DNA of 63,822 bases, filler included, from an uncultured Methanosarcinales archaeon (GCA_964434475.1; 10 parts of 10 records of this genome joined end to end with filler, not necessarily neighbours in it); one strand, 5' to 3'; shown: positions 40,310-50,731, counted from the whole stretch's first letter. A program made the numbers and translations. Notes: generated by a model from the letters alone, not told the origin.

Positions 40310-40403
40310 TTTTTGGAACTCCATTTAACTTTTTTAAAATTGTCCCCTCTCTGTTTTTTAGCCCTCTTTCCCGATTGAAACTAACAAGTATTAAACGACA
40401 CAC

Positions 40404-40772
40404 TCAATTTTTAGAGCATTTGTTACAAATGCCTTTAACTTCAATTTGAAAACTAGTTATAGATCCAGGAATTTTATCTTTAAGAAAATCTAACGAATCA
40501 ATGTTAAAGTGGATTACTTTTCCAGTTTTCTCGCAAACAAAGTGGCAATGACTTTTATTTTCTTTTGAATAAACCAATTTACCATCGCAAGCATATGAGA
40601 AAATGTTTCCATTTTTCCTTAATGTTTTTAGAAATCTATATATTGTGGCAAGCCCGATATTTTTATCAACTGATTTGACGTTTTCATAAAGGTCTTCAGC
40701 AGTAAAAAAAGTTTTGAATCTGTTTATTTCTTTCCCGATAATCTTTTTTTGCTTTGTACTTCTTGTTATCAT
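40404..40772 (-). CDS. Fur-family regulator (Zur-like)
   Basis: TKQK, TAEDLY, IGLATIYRFL, HCHFVCEKTG, GICNKC; divergent from the zinc ABC operon. Confidence 0.9.
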   Translation of the reverse strand: MITRSTKQKKIIGKEINRFKTFFTAEDLYENVKSVDKNIGLATIYRFLKTLRKNGNIFSYACDGKLVYSKENKSHCHFVCEKTGKVIHFNIDSLDFLKDKIPGSITSFQIEVKGICNKCSKN

Positions 40773-40840
40773 CCTTATTGATAATGAGAGCCAGTAAAGT
40801 TTATAAAGATTTTGATTTATTTATATGCTTGGTGATTATT

Positions 40841-41782
40841 ATGAAGATTAAAACTTTATTATTACTAGGAATTCTTATATTAACATTATTTCTGGTTGGG
40901 TGTAGTCAGGTTGCTCAAGAACAGAAAGATGACAAAATTGATGTGGTTGTGAGTATCCTTCCTCAAAAAGCATTTGTAAATGCAGTTGGAGGTAATTTGG
41001 TGAATGTAAAAGAACTTATTCCACCAGGAGGAAGTCCTGCAACATACGACCCAAAACCAAGCGATTTAGCATTGGTTGAAAAAGCCGACATTTATTTTAG
41101 AGTAGGGCATATATATTTTGAGAAATCCCATGTTGATAAATTTGCTGGATTGAATCCGGATATGAGAATAGTTGATACTTCTGTTAATGTAGAGTTGAGG
41201 CATTTTGGAGGACACGAAGACCATCATCATGAGCATGAAGGGGAAGTTGAAGAACATGAACATGAACATGAACATGAGGAAGATCGTCATGAAGGAGTTG
41301 ATCCACATCTTTGGCTTTCTCCAATGCAGGTAAAAAAGCAAGTCGATGTTATTGCCCAAACACTTGTGCAAGTTGATCCAGCTAATGTTGATACCTATAA
41401 CAGCAATGCTGAAAAATTCAAAAAAGAGCTAGATGCTTTATACACTGAAATAGAATCAACATTCTCTGAATTGAAAACAGACAAACTGATGGTTTTCCAT
41501 CCTGCGTGGGGCTATTTTGCAGACGAATATGGCTTGGAGCAGATAGCAATAGAAGACTCTGGAAAAGAGCCTACAGCGCAAGAACTTCAGCACATAATTG
41601 GGGAAGCTAAAGAAGAAGAGATTAAAGTAATCTTTGTTCAATCGCAATTCAGTAAGGAAACTGGTGAATCTGTTGCAGAAGAAGTTGGGGCAGTTGTTGT
41701 TTCTATTAATCCATTATCAGAAGATTACATTAATAACCTAAGAAATGTTGCTACAACAATTGCAGAAAGTTTAAATAAATAA
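40841..41782 (+). CDS. znuA: Zinc ABC transporter substrate-binding lipoprotein
   Basis: Lipobox LVGC, His/Glu-rich loop, DPHLWLSP, FHPAWGYF; GGTGA ribosome-binding site before ATG 40841. Confidence 0.92.
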   Translation: MKIKTLLLLGILILTLFLVGCSQVAQEQKDDKIDVVVSILPQKAFVNAVGGNLVNVKELIPPGGSPATYDPKPSDLALVEKADIYFRVGHIYFEKSHVDKFAGLNPDMRIVDTSVNVELRHFGGHEDHHHEHEGEVEEHEHEHEHEEDRHEGVDPHLWLSPMQVKKQVDVIAQTLVQVDPANVDTYNSNAEKFKKELDALYTEIESTFSELKTDKLMVFHPAWGYFADEYGLEQIAIEDSGKEPTAQELQHIIGEAKEEEIKVIFVQSQFSKETGESVAEEVGAVVVSINPLSEDYINNLRNVATTIAESLNK

Positions 41783-41846
41783 TTGTTTTATTTTATTTTT
41801 TTATGAAAAAATAATGCTCAAAAACTAGGTTTTTGTTGTTTAAAAA

Positions 41847-42551
41847 ATGGAAAGAAAAGAAATCATTAAATTAGAAAAAGTAACTTTTAGTTATGGAAAA
41901 GAGGAATTTCTAAAAGACATAAGTCTCTCAATCTATGAGGATGATTTTCTTGGAATCATAGGTCCAAATGGTGGTGGAAAAACAACACTGCTAAAATTGA
42001 TACTTGGCTTGCTTGAGCCTAAAAAAGGGAAAATAAGTGTATTTGGAAAATCTCCAAAAAAAGCACGCCATGAAATAGGCTATTTATCTCAATTTAAGAA
42101 CATTGATTTTGATTTTCCAGTTACAGCACATGGGATTGTCTTGCTTAGCAGAGTTGGAGATAAATTATTTAAAAGATATTCTAAAGAGGATAAAGAAGCT
42201 GTTAAAAAATCAATGAAAGAATTGGGTATTTGGAATTTAAGAGATAAAAAACTAAATGAATTATCTGGTGGAGAAAAGCAAAGAGTATTTGTTGCAAGAG
42301 CTCTAGCTAATAAGCCAAAAATTCTGATTTTAGATGAACCAATGTCAAATCTTGACATCCACATACAAGAAGAATTCTACAAGATTCTTAAAGAATTGAA
42401 CAAGAAAATCGCAATTGTCATTGTTGATCATGATCTTGAGATGGTTTCAAAATACGCAAAAGAAGTAGTCTGTGTTAACAAGTGCAATAAGCATGCGTTA
42501 AGGTATCATGGTGCAGATTCACTAAAGATGAAGGAGATCTGCAATGTTTGA
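41847..42551 (+). CDS. znuC: Zinc ABC transporter ATPase
   Basis: GPNGGGKTT, LSGGEKQRV, LDEP. Confidence 0.9.
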   Translation: MERKEIIKLEKVTFSYGKEEFLKDISLSIYEDDFLGIIGPNGGGKTTLLKLILGLLEPKKGKISVFGKSPKKARHEIGYLSQFKNIDFDFPVTAHGIVLLSRVGDKLFKRYSKEDKEAVKKSMKELGIWNLRDKKLNELSGGEKQRVFVARALANKPKILILDEPMSNLDIHIQEEFYKILKELNKKIAIVIVDHDLEMVSKYAKEVVCVNKCNKHALRYHGADSLKMKEICNV

Positions 42552-42659
42552 AGTTTTAAGTTTTCAATTTTTCCAGAATGCTCTGATTGTTGCTATTTTG
42601 GCATCAATTGCAGCAGGAGTAATTGGGACATACATTGTAGTTAAAAGAATGTCTTTGAT
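42544..42659 (+). CDS. znuB: Zinc ABC transporter permease, partial
   Basis: MFEVLSFQFFQNALIVAILASIAAGVIGTYIVVKRMSL runs into the linker. Confidence 0.85.
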
Positions 42660-42759
42660 NNNNNNNNNNNNNNNNNNNNNNNNNNNNNNNNNNNNNNNNN
42701 NNNTTAATTAATTAANNNNNNNNNNNNNNNNNNNNNNNNNNNNNNNNNNNNNNNNNNNN

Positions 42760-42835
42760 CAAATACAAAACTAAAAACAGCTAGAACTATGATACCTATC
42801 AGCATAAAGCCAGTAATTTGAGCCCTCTTTGACAT
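42760..42835 (-). CDS. Class III signal peptide (pilin-like) protein, partial
   Basis: MSKRAQITGFMLIGIIVLAVFSFVF: K-R-A/Q prepilin cleavage motif followed by a hydrophobic stretch; GAGGT ribosome-binding site. Confidence 0.65.
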
Positions 42836-42888
42836 AAATAAACCTCTTTTTAGAATACATAATAAATCTTTTATATAAATGTTTTTAA

Positions 42889-45800
42889 CTAAGATTCAAA
42901 TATTGGCTTTAGGTCTATACTTGGCATAAGATCTAAAGTGACAGAATCTTCCAGCTTGTTAGAACTACCATCAAAGCATACTATTCCATATGTAAATGTT
43001 CTTTCAAAATCTTCGCCCGAGTTTGTTGCAAGGAAATCAATAGCATCAATCACTTTTCTTTCAACAGAAGTATAGCAAAGACCTCTTAGATTTCCGTCAG
43101 ATATGCTCGAGCAAGGAGTTGAGCTAAAGGTCTTCAATGCAAGCATATAATAACATTCATCATTTGTACCGCAATTTGACTCTATATAGTTTGCGTCTTC
43201 TTCAACATAATCATTACAATTCTGTTGTGTCAAGAATGAAGAGATTGTACCTATGCTGGCGCAATCTGCACTAGAACTTTCTCTAAACGCTTTGTTGAAA
43301 TAAGATATATCATTACACTCATCAGATCTGTCTTGGTCAGATATATAATTGCAATAGCTTGGCAGATCATAGCTTATTGCTATGATGTTGTTTAGTTCAT
43401 CATCATCAGCAGGATTTAAATTTAAATTGTTAATTCTTAAATCTAAGTAATTAGTTATGTCAATATAAGAACTTTTCAACCTATCTCCAAAATCAAGCAT
43501 AGTATAACTTTCTCCATCAAAAGTATAATTACAAGTTGAATATTCTGTTAAATAAAGAGTCAAAGAATATTCTAAATTACTTATAACTTCAGGATTAACT
43601 GTTTCTATCTGAGGAGGATTAGAATCATAGCTATCGCAGATTCCATTATTAATAGTATCTGACTCTACTTCACTACCCCCATATTCCATGGTTTTAACAA
43701 CATATTTACCAATCTCATTATTATAGACAATATTAAACTTCTCAACAACACTTCCATCTTGTCTCTCTAATCCTATTCCTGCACAGTCAAAGCAGCCATC
43801 TTTGTCAAAATCTCCACAGATGTTCTTGTCAAAAGGATCTGCATCATTTGTTAGATCATCTGTTGAATAACAATAATCTGCAAATTCATTAGGATCGCAA
43901 ACTCCGTCATTATCATCATCCTTGTCATAATCTTGTGCATTAGTATAATGCAAAGGCCTATCGCTGTATCCGTCTGCATCATTATCATTACAGATTTCAC
44001 TTCCTCCGTTTGCTGTGCTGTTTACTATAAAATTATGTACAATTATACTGTCCCCTTTCTGGACTAATCCACTGCAGTCATCACAGCCGTCATTATCAAT
44101 ATCATAACAGACCTTAAATGATGTATCGTCTTTATCAACCACTCCAGGTAAAGCACATCCTGAATTAAATCCTTCAATACCAACTCCATCTTTATCCTTA
44201 TCAACGCAAGTATCTGTGTTTCCAGATTCACACTTACCATCCTTATCAACATCATCTTCTTCTGTTTCTATTATTAGATATTCTTCTCCATTATCTATAG
44301 CGGTTTGATAAGCGTCATAATCAAAATAAGCACCCCTACAATCATCGCAATTATCTTCATCCCAATCTCCGCAAACTAAAGGATTTTCACGAGCACTATC
44401 ATATTCGTCAGGAACACCATCATTATCACTATCATCATCAGCAGGATCACAAATGCCGTCATTATCGCTGTCTGCTTCAAATTCGCTTCCGCCTTTTAGT
44501 CTATTCCTTACTATATAATTATCTGTTGCAGGATTGATTTCATACTTCCTCTTTTCAACAGTCCAATCTGGAGAATCTTGGTTCCATAATATTCCGCCGC
44601 AGTCATCACAACCGTCTCCATCAAGATCTCCACATTTGTTTGTTATATATCTATAATCATTTACTTCACCAGGTAAACAGATGCCGTTAACATCCCTTTC
44701 GCAGTCCATCTCATTAGGCACTCCATCTCCATCAATATCATTATCGCAAGCATCTCCTTTTATATCAATGCCATAAACTCCTCCTTTTTTTTCTTCTAAA
44801 ATAAGATCCATATTCTCTTGATTAGGATTTGCATCTAAAGGACAGTTATCTACATTATTGTTGGACAATGAACAAGTTGCACCAGAAGGTATAAAGAATG
44901 AATTGCACACTTCATCCTGATCCCTATCAGGATTACATACGCTGTCTTCTTCACCATTATCAATGCAAGTGCTTACTTGAGATATATTATATTCTCCTTT
45001 TTTGTTTAATGTGATAAGGGTTATGTAATTTATACCTACAAGATCCAAAGGCAATGTTCTATCTAACTTTAATCCTTCATACTGTCCGTTAAAAGGGGCT
45101 TCTGAACTTTCAAGATCCCAATAATATCTATATGCATCACTATCTTCCAAAGCTTCAAGATGTACTGATTCCCCCATATAGAAAGTTGTACCTTCTTCAG
45201 GATATAATATAGTGGCAGAAGGTATTTCTGCATCTGTAAAATTCTGGTTTGTCCTTAATTTGGCAGTTATCTCTTTCCAATTTGTAAATGTTTGAGGGTC
45301 AGAACTATAAACTTGATAATACATTTGATCTCCTGGAGTTACAACAGGCTGGCAGGATATTATCTTATCAAGCATGTCTTCCTGCTGATAATAGTTGATT
45401 ATATTCTCACACAGATCTGTTGTAAAATTATAATATGTTATTCTCATAACTTCATTAGCACCCAAATATTTACTTGAATCTGTTATCTTTTCCTTAACGG
45501 CATGCACTATCTTATCTTCGTGTTTTTCGAAATATATATTATCATAATTTTTTATTACATCAACCTTATCATAATTAAACATATCAACTCTTGGCTTTAT
45601 GAAATTAGATAATATATCGCTGATTGCTTCTGTAGGATTAGTAAAGAACTTAAGAACTATATCAAATATTGATGTTTCAGCAGGATCAAATACGGTTTGA
45701 GTAAAATCCTTATCAAAGAATATTACAGATCTATCCTTAAATTTATACCAGAATGTAAAAGGCAAGCTTTGAGTATATATCCTGCATTTTTCATAATTAT

Positions 45801-48800
45801 CAGGTGCTTCCCTTACGCCTGCTCTGTATTGTGCAAAATCATCTGTCAATAGGTTGCATCCATCAAATCCGTCTATAGCCACAGGAAAAGGTACTTTCTT
45901 GTCAATATGCTGGTTTAAACTTATACCTACTGCATAATCATATTCTCCATCTTCTTCAAAATTATATTTTAATACACATAAATTGTTAGCATTTGTGCCC
46001 GATATTATATAAGTTAATAACACTCCATCTACATTATATTCGTAATAATTTAGTACATCTTCTGCATCTCCACAGAAAAGAGTATAATTATCAGGACTTC
46101 TGGTATTTGCCAAGTATAACATCCTTTCAGCTATCTTCTTTGTTCTTGTTGTCCAAGTGCCGTTGTCACAATAATGGTCTCCCACATCAGCAGAGCTTGG
46201 ATAAGATGTTTTGTAAGTATACCATCCATCATCAACACATTCTGTTCCTATCCAGCATTGGCTATCTTTTAAGCAATAACCTATATTAGAACCTTCGTGG
46301 CTTTGGTTATCCCATGTTTCTTTGTAATATGATTTGTTCCAATGCGCAGTATAATAATATTGACTAGGATCATCATCATCTGTGATTATCTTCTCTCTTG
46401 TACATATGTGCATGTCAAACTCTTTTGATTTATTGCTATAGCCAAACTCTTTTGCAAAAGCATTGCTATGGTATTCTTTTCCTATATCATGTTTGGTATA
46501 GCTTTCATATCTTTCCTGATCTAGCGGCAAATCTACGCCTTGCACGCACATATATCCGTTCCAGCAATAATCTTCTGGACAGCATGCTATTTCTCTATAA
46601 CCTTTAGAAGAATCCATACCAAAATTTATTCTTTTTAGCTCTAACTCTGAAATATCTTGTGTTTTGTTCCTTTCTATAGCTTTTGCAGTTCCAGAATCAA
46701 TATCGCTCCATTCTGGTCTTAGCTGTATTGTGCCGTTATAAGTCTCTCCATAAGAGCAAAAGAAGCTTCCTTTTACAGAGCAATAGTTTTCTTTATCCAC
46801 CATATTCTCAGTATCGTCAACTCCGCCATCATATTCACAGCCATAAAAATTATTATCAACATAAAGCATGTTTAGAGGCACGTGATCAAATTCAATCTGC
46901 TGGCTTTGTGTTTTTGTGGAGATGTCAACCACTTCTTTTGAATAATCTACAAAATATTTTGCATCACAACCTAATTCTTCAGGAGTTGTCTTTTCTGTTA
47001 CAGTAATCAGATTGTATCCCGTTTTAAGATCAATACTAAGAGGTTCGTCTGTATCACAATCAGGAAGTTGTATTGAGAAAGGTGCAGAATCTAATGATAT
47101 ATAAACCTGATAACCATTTCCATAGGTTAAATCAAAAAGAGTTGAAACACTAGGATTTTCGCTCATATAAAGTTTAAAACCTTCGCCAGCTTCAAATTCA
47201 TTGATATACTTAATCTTATCTCCACTAAGATAACCATCAAAAAGATATTCTATTAGAGGATTTTCAGGATTACATGTTAATCCTATAAAGTTCCATCCTG
47301 GTTCTAGATGCCAAATATCTGTTGTATTTATAGGTTCTAAATTTACAGTAGATTCTTTTTCGCAATAAGCATAATACGCATTATTAGGTTCAAGAATGTA
47401 TCCTCCAAAAGGTTCTTTTATCCTAACTCCTGGGTTCTGTTCTTTTTCAATAATGTTCCAATCCTTTACATTATCCTTATAGTCATAAGCAAAAGAAACA
47501 TCATATGCAGAACTTTCTGTTTCTACATCTTTCAGCGTATAAGTAACCAAATCAGAATTAGGCTGAAACTTTGCATTGATGTAGTCAGGCAAACTTAAGT
47601 AGCAGGTATTTGTAAAGCAATAATCTGAAAGATATGCGCCGTCTGTCTCTAGAGCAGTAGGCAAACAATAAGCAGCATCCTGAAATATTCTGCATGATTC
47701 TTCTGCGCTGCAATCGCTGTCCAACCTATTACATGTTATTGGTGTTTTTTCAGAGCCAACATTCAAGCATTGATATACATCTCCGTTTACGCAAGAATAA
47801 TCGTTAGTATTTGTACAGGTTTGATCATACCCTAAATCCTGACAAGTCTGCACTTCACATTCTCCTGATACACATTTATACAGATTGCCGCAGATATAGT
47901 TAGGGTTTTCATCAACGTTTCCGTCGCAGTCATTGTCAACTGAATCGCAGATTTCAAGAGCTCCAGGATGTATTGCAGCGTCGTTGTCATCGCAGTCTCC
48001 ATCATTAATCATAAAACCATCTTTATCATTGTCCATAGGCTGCCCGCATAATTTAAAATGAGTATATTTATTTCCGGCGGGACCGTCATCTCCTACATGA
48101 ACATAAGGAACAGGAACAGAAGAATCTGGAGTAGAATGATATGCAAGAACAGTAGCACTATTTTCTTTGACAACAATACTATCAATTTCTTTAATAGGAA
48201 CTTCTTTAGTAAAACAAGGAGATGAAAATTGATTACCTATAATGCCATAAACTGAAGGATATTTTTCACCATTTAAACCTATATAAGCCCCTTTTCCACA
48301 CCCAGGCAATCCAAATGCGCAGCTTCCTGCGCCACCCGTTGTCCAACCCTTTAAAATTCCATTATCTATAGCAACATAAATGTTTGCATCCATACAAGTA
48401 TCAAAATCTATACATTTCACTTCATAAGATTCTGGACCGCAAACTTCAAAGCTATGCCAATGCACACCAGCACCATTATCCCATATAGTAAATCCTCCGC
48501 CAGGTACAGTTGGATTCAAAGACTCCCATCCATCATATGTAGGATTTATTGAAATCGCTTTTTGTATGCTTACTTTTAAAGGGTTATTTGGACTTATAGG
48601 ACCTGTATTTGTGGTTGGATCATAATTGTATTTTTGCCCATCAATATATATTCCGCTTTCCCCTATATGTCCTGCACAAGAAGACTGGCCAGGCCATCCG
48701 TGTTCCCTATGTTTATTATAAAGTGAAAGATATCCATTGTTTAACTTAAAATGAGTATAATCTGCATCTGCACACGTTTCAATTTTTAAGCATTTATCAA

Positions 48801-48888
48801 CTGCAAATACGCTTGAAGACAAAACCATTATAACCAAAACCAAAAATATTCCCTTTCCCATTCTACCATCAAATATTATACTCAACAC
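42889..48888 (-). CDS. Giant (~2000 aa) secreted Cys/Asp-rich surface protein
   Basis: Signal peptide (likely start MGKG at 48861), DCDDND..IHPGALEICD.VDNDCDG metal-binding repeat, PKD-like segment, thrombospondin type-3-like D.D.DG..D repeats. Confidence 0.85.
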   Translation of the reverse strand: MLSIIFDGRMGKGIFLVLVIMVLSSSVFAVDKCLKIETCADADYTHFKLNNGYLSLYNKHREHGWPGQSSCAGHIGESGIYIDGQKYNYDPTTNTGPISPNNPLKVSIQKAISINPTYDGWESLNPTVPGGGFTIWDNGAGVHWHSFEVCGPESYEVKCIDFDTCMDANIYVAIDNGILKGWTTGGAGSCAFGLPGCGKGAYIGLNGEKYPSVYGIIGNQFSSPCFTKEVPIKEIDSIVVKENSATVLAYHSTPDSSVPVPYVHVGDDGPAGNKYTHFKLCGQPMDNDKDGFMINDGDCDDNDAAIHPGALEICDSVDNDCDGNVDENPNYICGNLYKCVSGECEVQTCQDLGYDQTCTNTNDYSCVNGDVYQCLNVGSEKTPITCNRLDSDCSAEESCRIFQDAAYCLPTALETDGAYLSDYCFTNTCYLSLPDYINAKFQPNSDLVTYTLKDVETESSAYDVSFAYDYKDNVKDWNIIEKEQNPGVRIKEPFGGYILEPNNAYYAYCEKESTVNLEPINTTDIWHLEPGWNFIGLTCNPENPLIEYLFDGYLSGDKIKYINEFEAGEGFKLYMSENPSVSTLFDLTYGNGYQVYISLDSAPFSIQLPDCDTDEPLSIDLKTGYNLITVTEKTTPEELGCDAKYFVDYSKEVVDISTKTQSQQIEFDHVPLNMLYVDNNFYGCEYDGGVDDTENMVDKENYCSVKGSFFCSYGETYNGTIQLRPEWSDIDSGTAKAIERNKTQDISELELKRINFGMDSSKGYREIACCPEDYCWNGYMCVQGVDLPLDQERYESYTKHDIGKEYHSNAFAKEFGYSNKSKEFDMHICTREKIITDDDDPSQYYYTAHWNKSYYKETWDNQSHEGSNIGYCLKDSQCWIGTECVDDGWYTYKTSYPSSADVGDHYCDNGTWTTRTKKIAERMLYLANTRSPDNYTLFCGDAEDVLNYYEYNVDGVLLTYIISGTNANNLCVLKYNFEEDGEYDYAVGISLNQHIDKKVPFPVAIDGFDGCNLLTDDFAQYRAGVREAPDNYEKCRIYTQSLPFTFWYKFKDRSVIFFDKDFTQTVFDPAETSIFDIVLKFFTNPTEAISDILSNFIKPRVDMFNYDKVDVIKNYDNIYFEKHEDKIVHAVKEKITDSSKYLGANEVMRITYYNFTTDLCENIINYYQQEDMLDKIISCQPVVTPGDQMYYQVYSSDPQTFTNWKEITAKLRTNQNFTDAEIPSATILYPEEGTTFYMGESVHLEALEDSDAYRYYWDLESSEAPFNGQYEGLKLDRTLPLDLVGINYITLITLNKKGEYNISQVSTCIDNGEEDSVCNPDRDQDEVCNSFFIPSGATCSLSNNNVDNCPLDANPNQENMDLILEEKKGGVYGIDIKGDACDNDIDGDGVPNEMDCERDVNGICLPGEVNDYRYITNKCGDLDGDGCDDCGGILWNQDSPDWTVEKRKYEINPATDNYIVRNRLKGGSEFEADSDNDGICDPADDDSDNDGVPDEYDSARENPLVCGDWDEDNCDDCRGAYFDYDAYQTAIDNGEEYLIIETEEDDVDKDGKCESGNTDTCVDKDKDGVGIEGFNSGCALPGVVDKDDTSFKVCYDIDNDGCDDCSGLVQKGDSIIVHNFIVNSTANGGSEICNDNDADGYSDRPLHYTNAQDYDKDDDNDGVCDPNEFADYCYSTDDLTNDADPFDKNICGDFDKDGCFDCAGIGLERQDGSVVEKFNIVYNNEIGKYVVKTMEYGGSEVESDTINNGICDSYDSNPPQIETVNPEVISNLEYSLTLYLTEYSTCNYTFDGESYTMLDFGDRLKSSYIDITNYLDLRINNLNLNPADDDELNNIIAISYDLPSYCNYISDQDRSDECNDISYFNKAFRESSSADCASIGTISSFLTQQNCNDYVEEDANYIESNCGTNDECYYMLALKTFSSTPCSSISDGNLRGLCYTSVERKVIDAIDFLATNSGEDFERTFTYGIVCFDGSSNKLEDSVTLDLMPSIDLKPIFES

Positions 48889-49105
48889 CTACGTTTACTT
48901 CTACTTTTCCGAACCTTGTATTATTTAATATAGGCCTTCCTTTCCAGCATCCTGCGTATGAACCGCNNNNNNNNNNNNNNNNNNNNNNNNNNNNNNNNNN
49001 NNNNNNNNNNTTAATTAATTAANNNNNNNNNNNNNNNNNNNNNNNNNNNNNNNNNNNNNNNNNNNNGCCACGCTGCGCTCTCCTCCTTTCAGTCGTCGGG
49101 GCGTA

Positions 49106-49199
49106 TAACAAGGGATATACGGTTCAGCCCTCGGCTCGGGCTTCACCCAAATTTTTCTTCCACTTCGTTCCAGAAAAACTTCGTATATCCCTAACGTTA
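49106..49199 (+). repeat. Canonical-looking attC site (94 bp)
   Basis: (GTA)TAAC-AA-GGGATATACG ... CGTATATCCC-TAAC-GTTA(AAA) with internal hairpins. Confidence 0.75.
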
Positions 49200-49359
49200 A
49201 AATCAATTATGACTACGGGGCACACACAACTAAAATAATAAAAACGAAAGGAAGGGGCACACTCACTATTGAACTACACTCTAAAATATTTTAATCAATT
49301 GAAATCTAAATTGGTTAAAACAAGAAAATTTATAAATAAATCAATTATTTAGAATAGGA

Positions 49360-49761
49360 ATGGGAAACTGTGATAATTGTGGGAAAAAATTCGGATTTCT
49401 TGGTCCTGCTATAGCACCTAATCTAGGAATTGCAAAAGGGAAAGGTTTTTGTAGCATAAAGTGTTATAGGGAATTCAGCAAAAAGAAAAAAGTTGAAACA
49501 GAAGGAAAAGTAATGGAATTTAAATGCAAATGCAACCAATGTGGAAAAATATGGCATTATTTACCTAAGGAAATAAGCGACCTAAGGACACAACAGATTG
49601 GTAACGCTATGATTGGTGCTAGTATGTGTTGTAATCCATTTGGAGCTCTTTTTTCTAATAAAGCAATAGAATCTAGAAGACAAATAGAAAAATTCAACAA
49701 GTGTCCTGAGTGTGGATCAAGTGATATTAAAAAAGAAGAAGTATGGTATGAGAAAAAGTAA
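49360..49761 (+). CDS. Cys-rich zinc-binding hypothetical protein; cassette cargo
   Basis: CDNCG..FCSIKC, CNQCG, CPECGS. Confidence 0.7.
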   Translation: MGNCDNCGKKFGFLGPAIAPNLGIAKGKGFCSIKCYREFSKKKKVETEGKVMEFKCKCNQCGKIWHYLPKEISDLRTQQIGNAMIGASMCCNPFGALFSNKAIESRRQIEKFNKCPECGSSDIKKEEVWYEKK

Positions 49762-49987
49762 CCTTTTTGTTATATTATCCATATTTTTAATAAAAGAATT
49801 GCACCAAAAAAGATTGTCTCCAAAATTAAATAAGATAGGAACTCGTTGTCGGTTTTATCCATCTTGTTCAAATTATGGCATTGCTGCGTTAAAGAAATAT
49901 GGTTTTATCACAGGATGGATTAAAACAATTAATAGAATTTGGAGATGTAAACCAAACAATTATGATTCATGTATCGATTTTCCTTAA
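49748..49987 (+). CDS. YidD-like (membrane protein insertion efficiency factor) protein; cassette cargo
   Basis: [17 protein letters not shown]...G......RIWRC.P signature. Confidence 0.8.
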   Translation: MRKSNLFVILSIFLIKELHQKRLSPKLNKIGTRCRFYPSCSNYGIAALKKYGFITGWIKTINRIWRCKPNNYDSCIDFP

Positions 49988-50235
49988 ATTTTAGTATTTA
50001 ATCTTCTTCTATCAATTTCTTTAAGAACTCTATTTGAATCGTATGCAATAAGCCAATCAAACCAACCATCTAATCTATCAATATTTAAATAACCTTTTTT
50101 ACGCATAAACTCTAGAAATAATTTTTTATCTTCTTCTATAATGTTTTTTCTTTTTTCATGAGATCTAAGTTTAATAACAAATATCCTAACAGCTTCCCAA
50201 AAAGATTTATTTTCTTCCATAAATAATAATATCAA
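49984..50235 (-). CDS. Small hypothetical protein; cassette cargo
   Basis: 83-aa ORF convergent with the YidD-like gene, inside the cassette arms. Confidence 0.5.
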   Translation of the reverse strand: MILLFMEENKSFWEAVRIFVIKLRSHEKRKNIIEEDKKLFLEFMRKKGYLNIDRLDGWFDWLIAYDSNRVLKEIDRRRLNTKI

Positions 50236-50402
50236 TTTATTACATTATTAAAATTTTCTATTTTGTGTCAGTCTCAAATTTACTGTAAGTGTGCCCCTTG
50301 ACGATTGTCCTTGATGTTTGCTCTTTCGATTGGACGACGGTGTGCCCCTACGTCATAACTTTGCGGACGCAATTTTCCCACACTTCGTATGGGAAAAGAT
50401 TT

Positions 50403-50421
50403 TAACAGGCCGCCGATGTTA
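50403..50421. repeat. Miniature attC-like junction (reverse orientation) TAACAGGCCGCCGATGTTA
   Basis: Reverse complement reads TAACATCGGCGGCCTGTTA. Confidence 0.75.
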
Positions 50422-50583
50422 TTTGCAATTTAGTTTAAGTTTAAACGTTCTTTTAGAAAAAGAACCAAAAGGGGGGATTTTAGTCCTTCGGACATTTTGG
50501 CTCCCTATGGTCGAAATTTAATATACCTGAAAGGCGAAAAAAACAAAACTTTATATACAAATGTGTTCATTTGTATTTTAGGG

Positions 50584-50730
50584 ATGGCTATGGTATCAAA
50601 AAATGTTACTCTAAGAGTAAGTTCTGAACTTTATGATAAGTATAAATTGTATTGTAAAGAAAAGGGTTTATTAGCTTCTAGACAGTTTGAAATTTTTATG
50701 GAATCAGAGCTAAAAAAGAGAAAAAAATAA
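50584..50730 (+). CDS. Ribbon-helix-helix DNA-binding protein
   Basis: KNVTLRVSSELYDKYKLYCKEKG...SRQFEIFM pattern; TTTATATA promoter upstream; leads the operon. Confidence 0.7.
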   Translation: MAMVSKNVTLRVSSELYDKYKLYCKEKGLLASRQFEIFMESELKKRKK

Positions 50731-50731
50731 G

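Noticed and set aside
40778..40800. Possible Fur/Zur box (TGATAATGAGAGCCAGTAAA) between the regulator and znuA
   Set aside because: Only a half-site match. Plausible but not supportable without comparative data.
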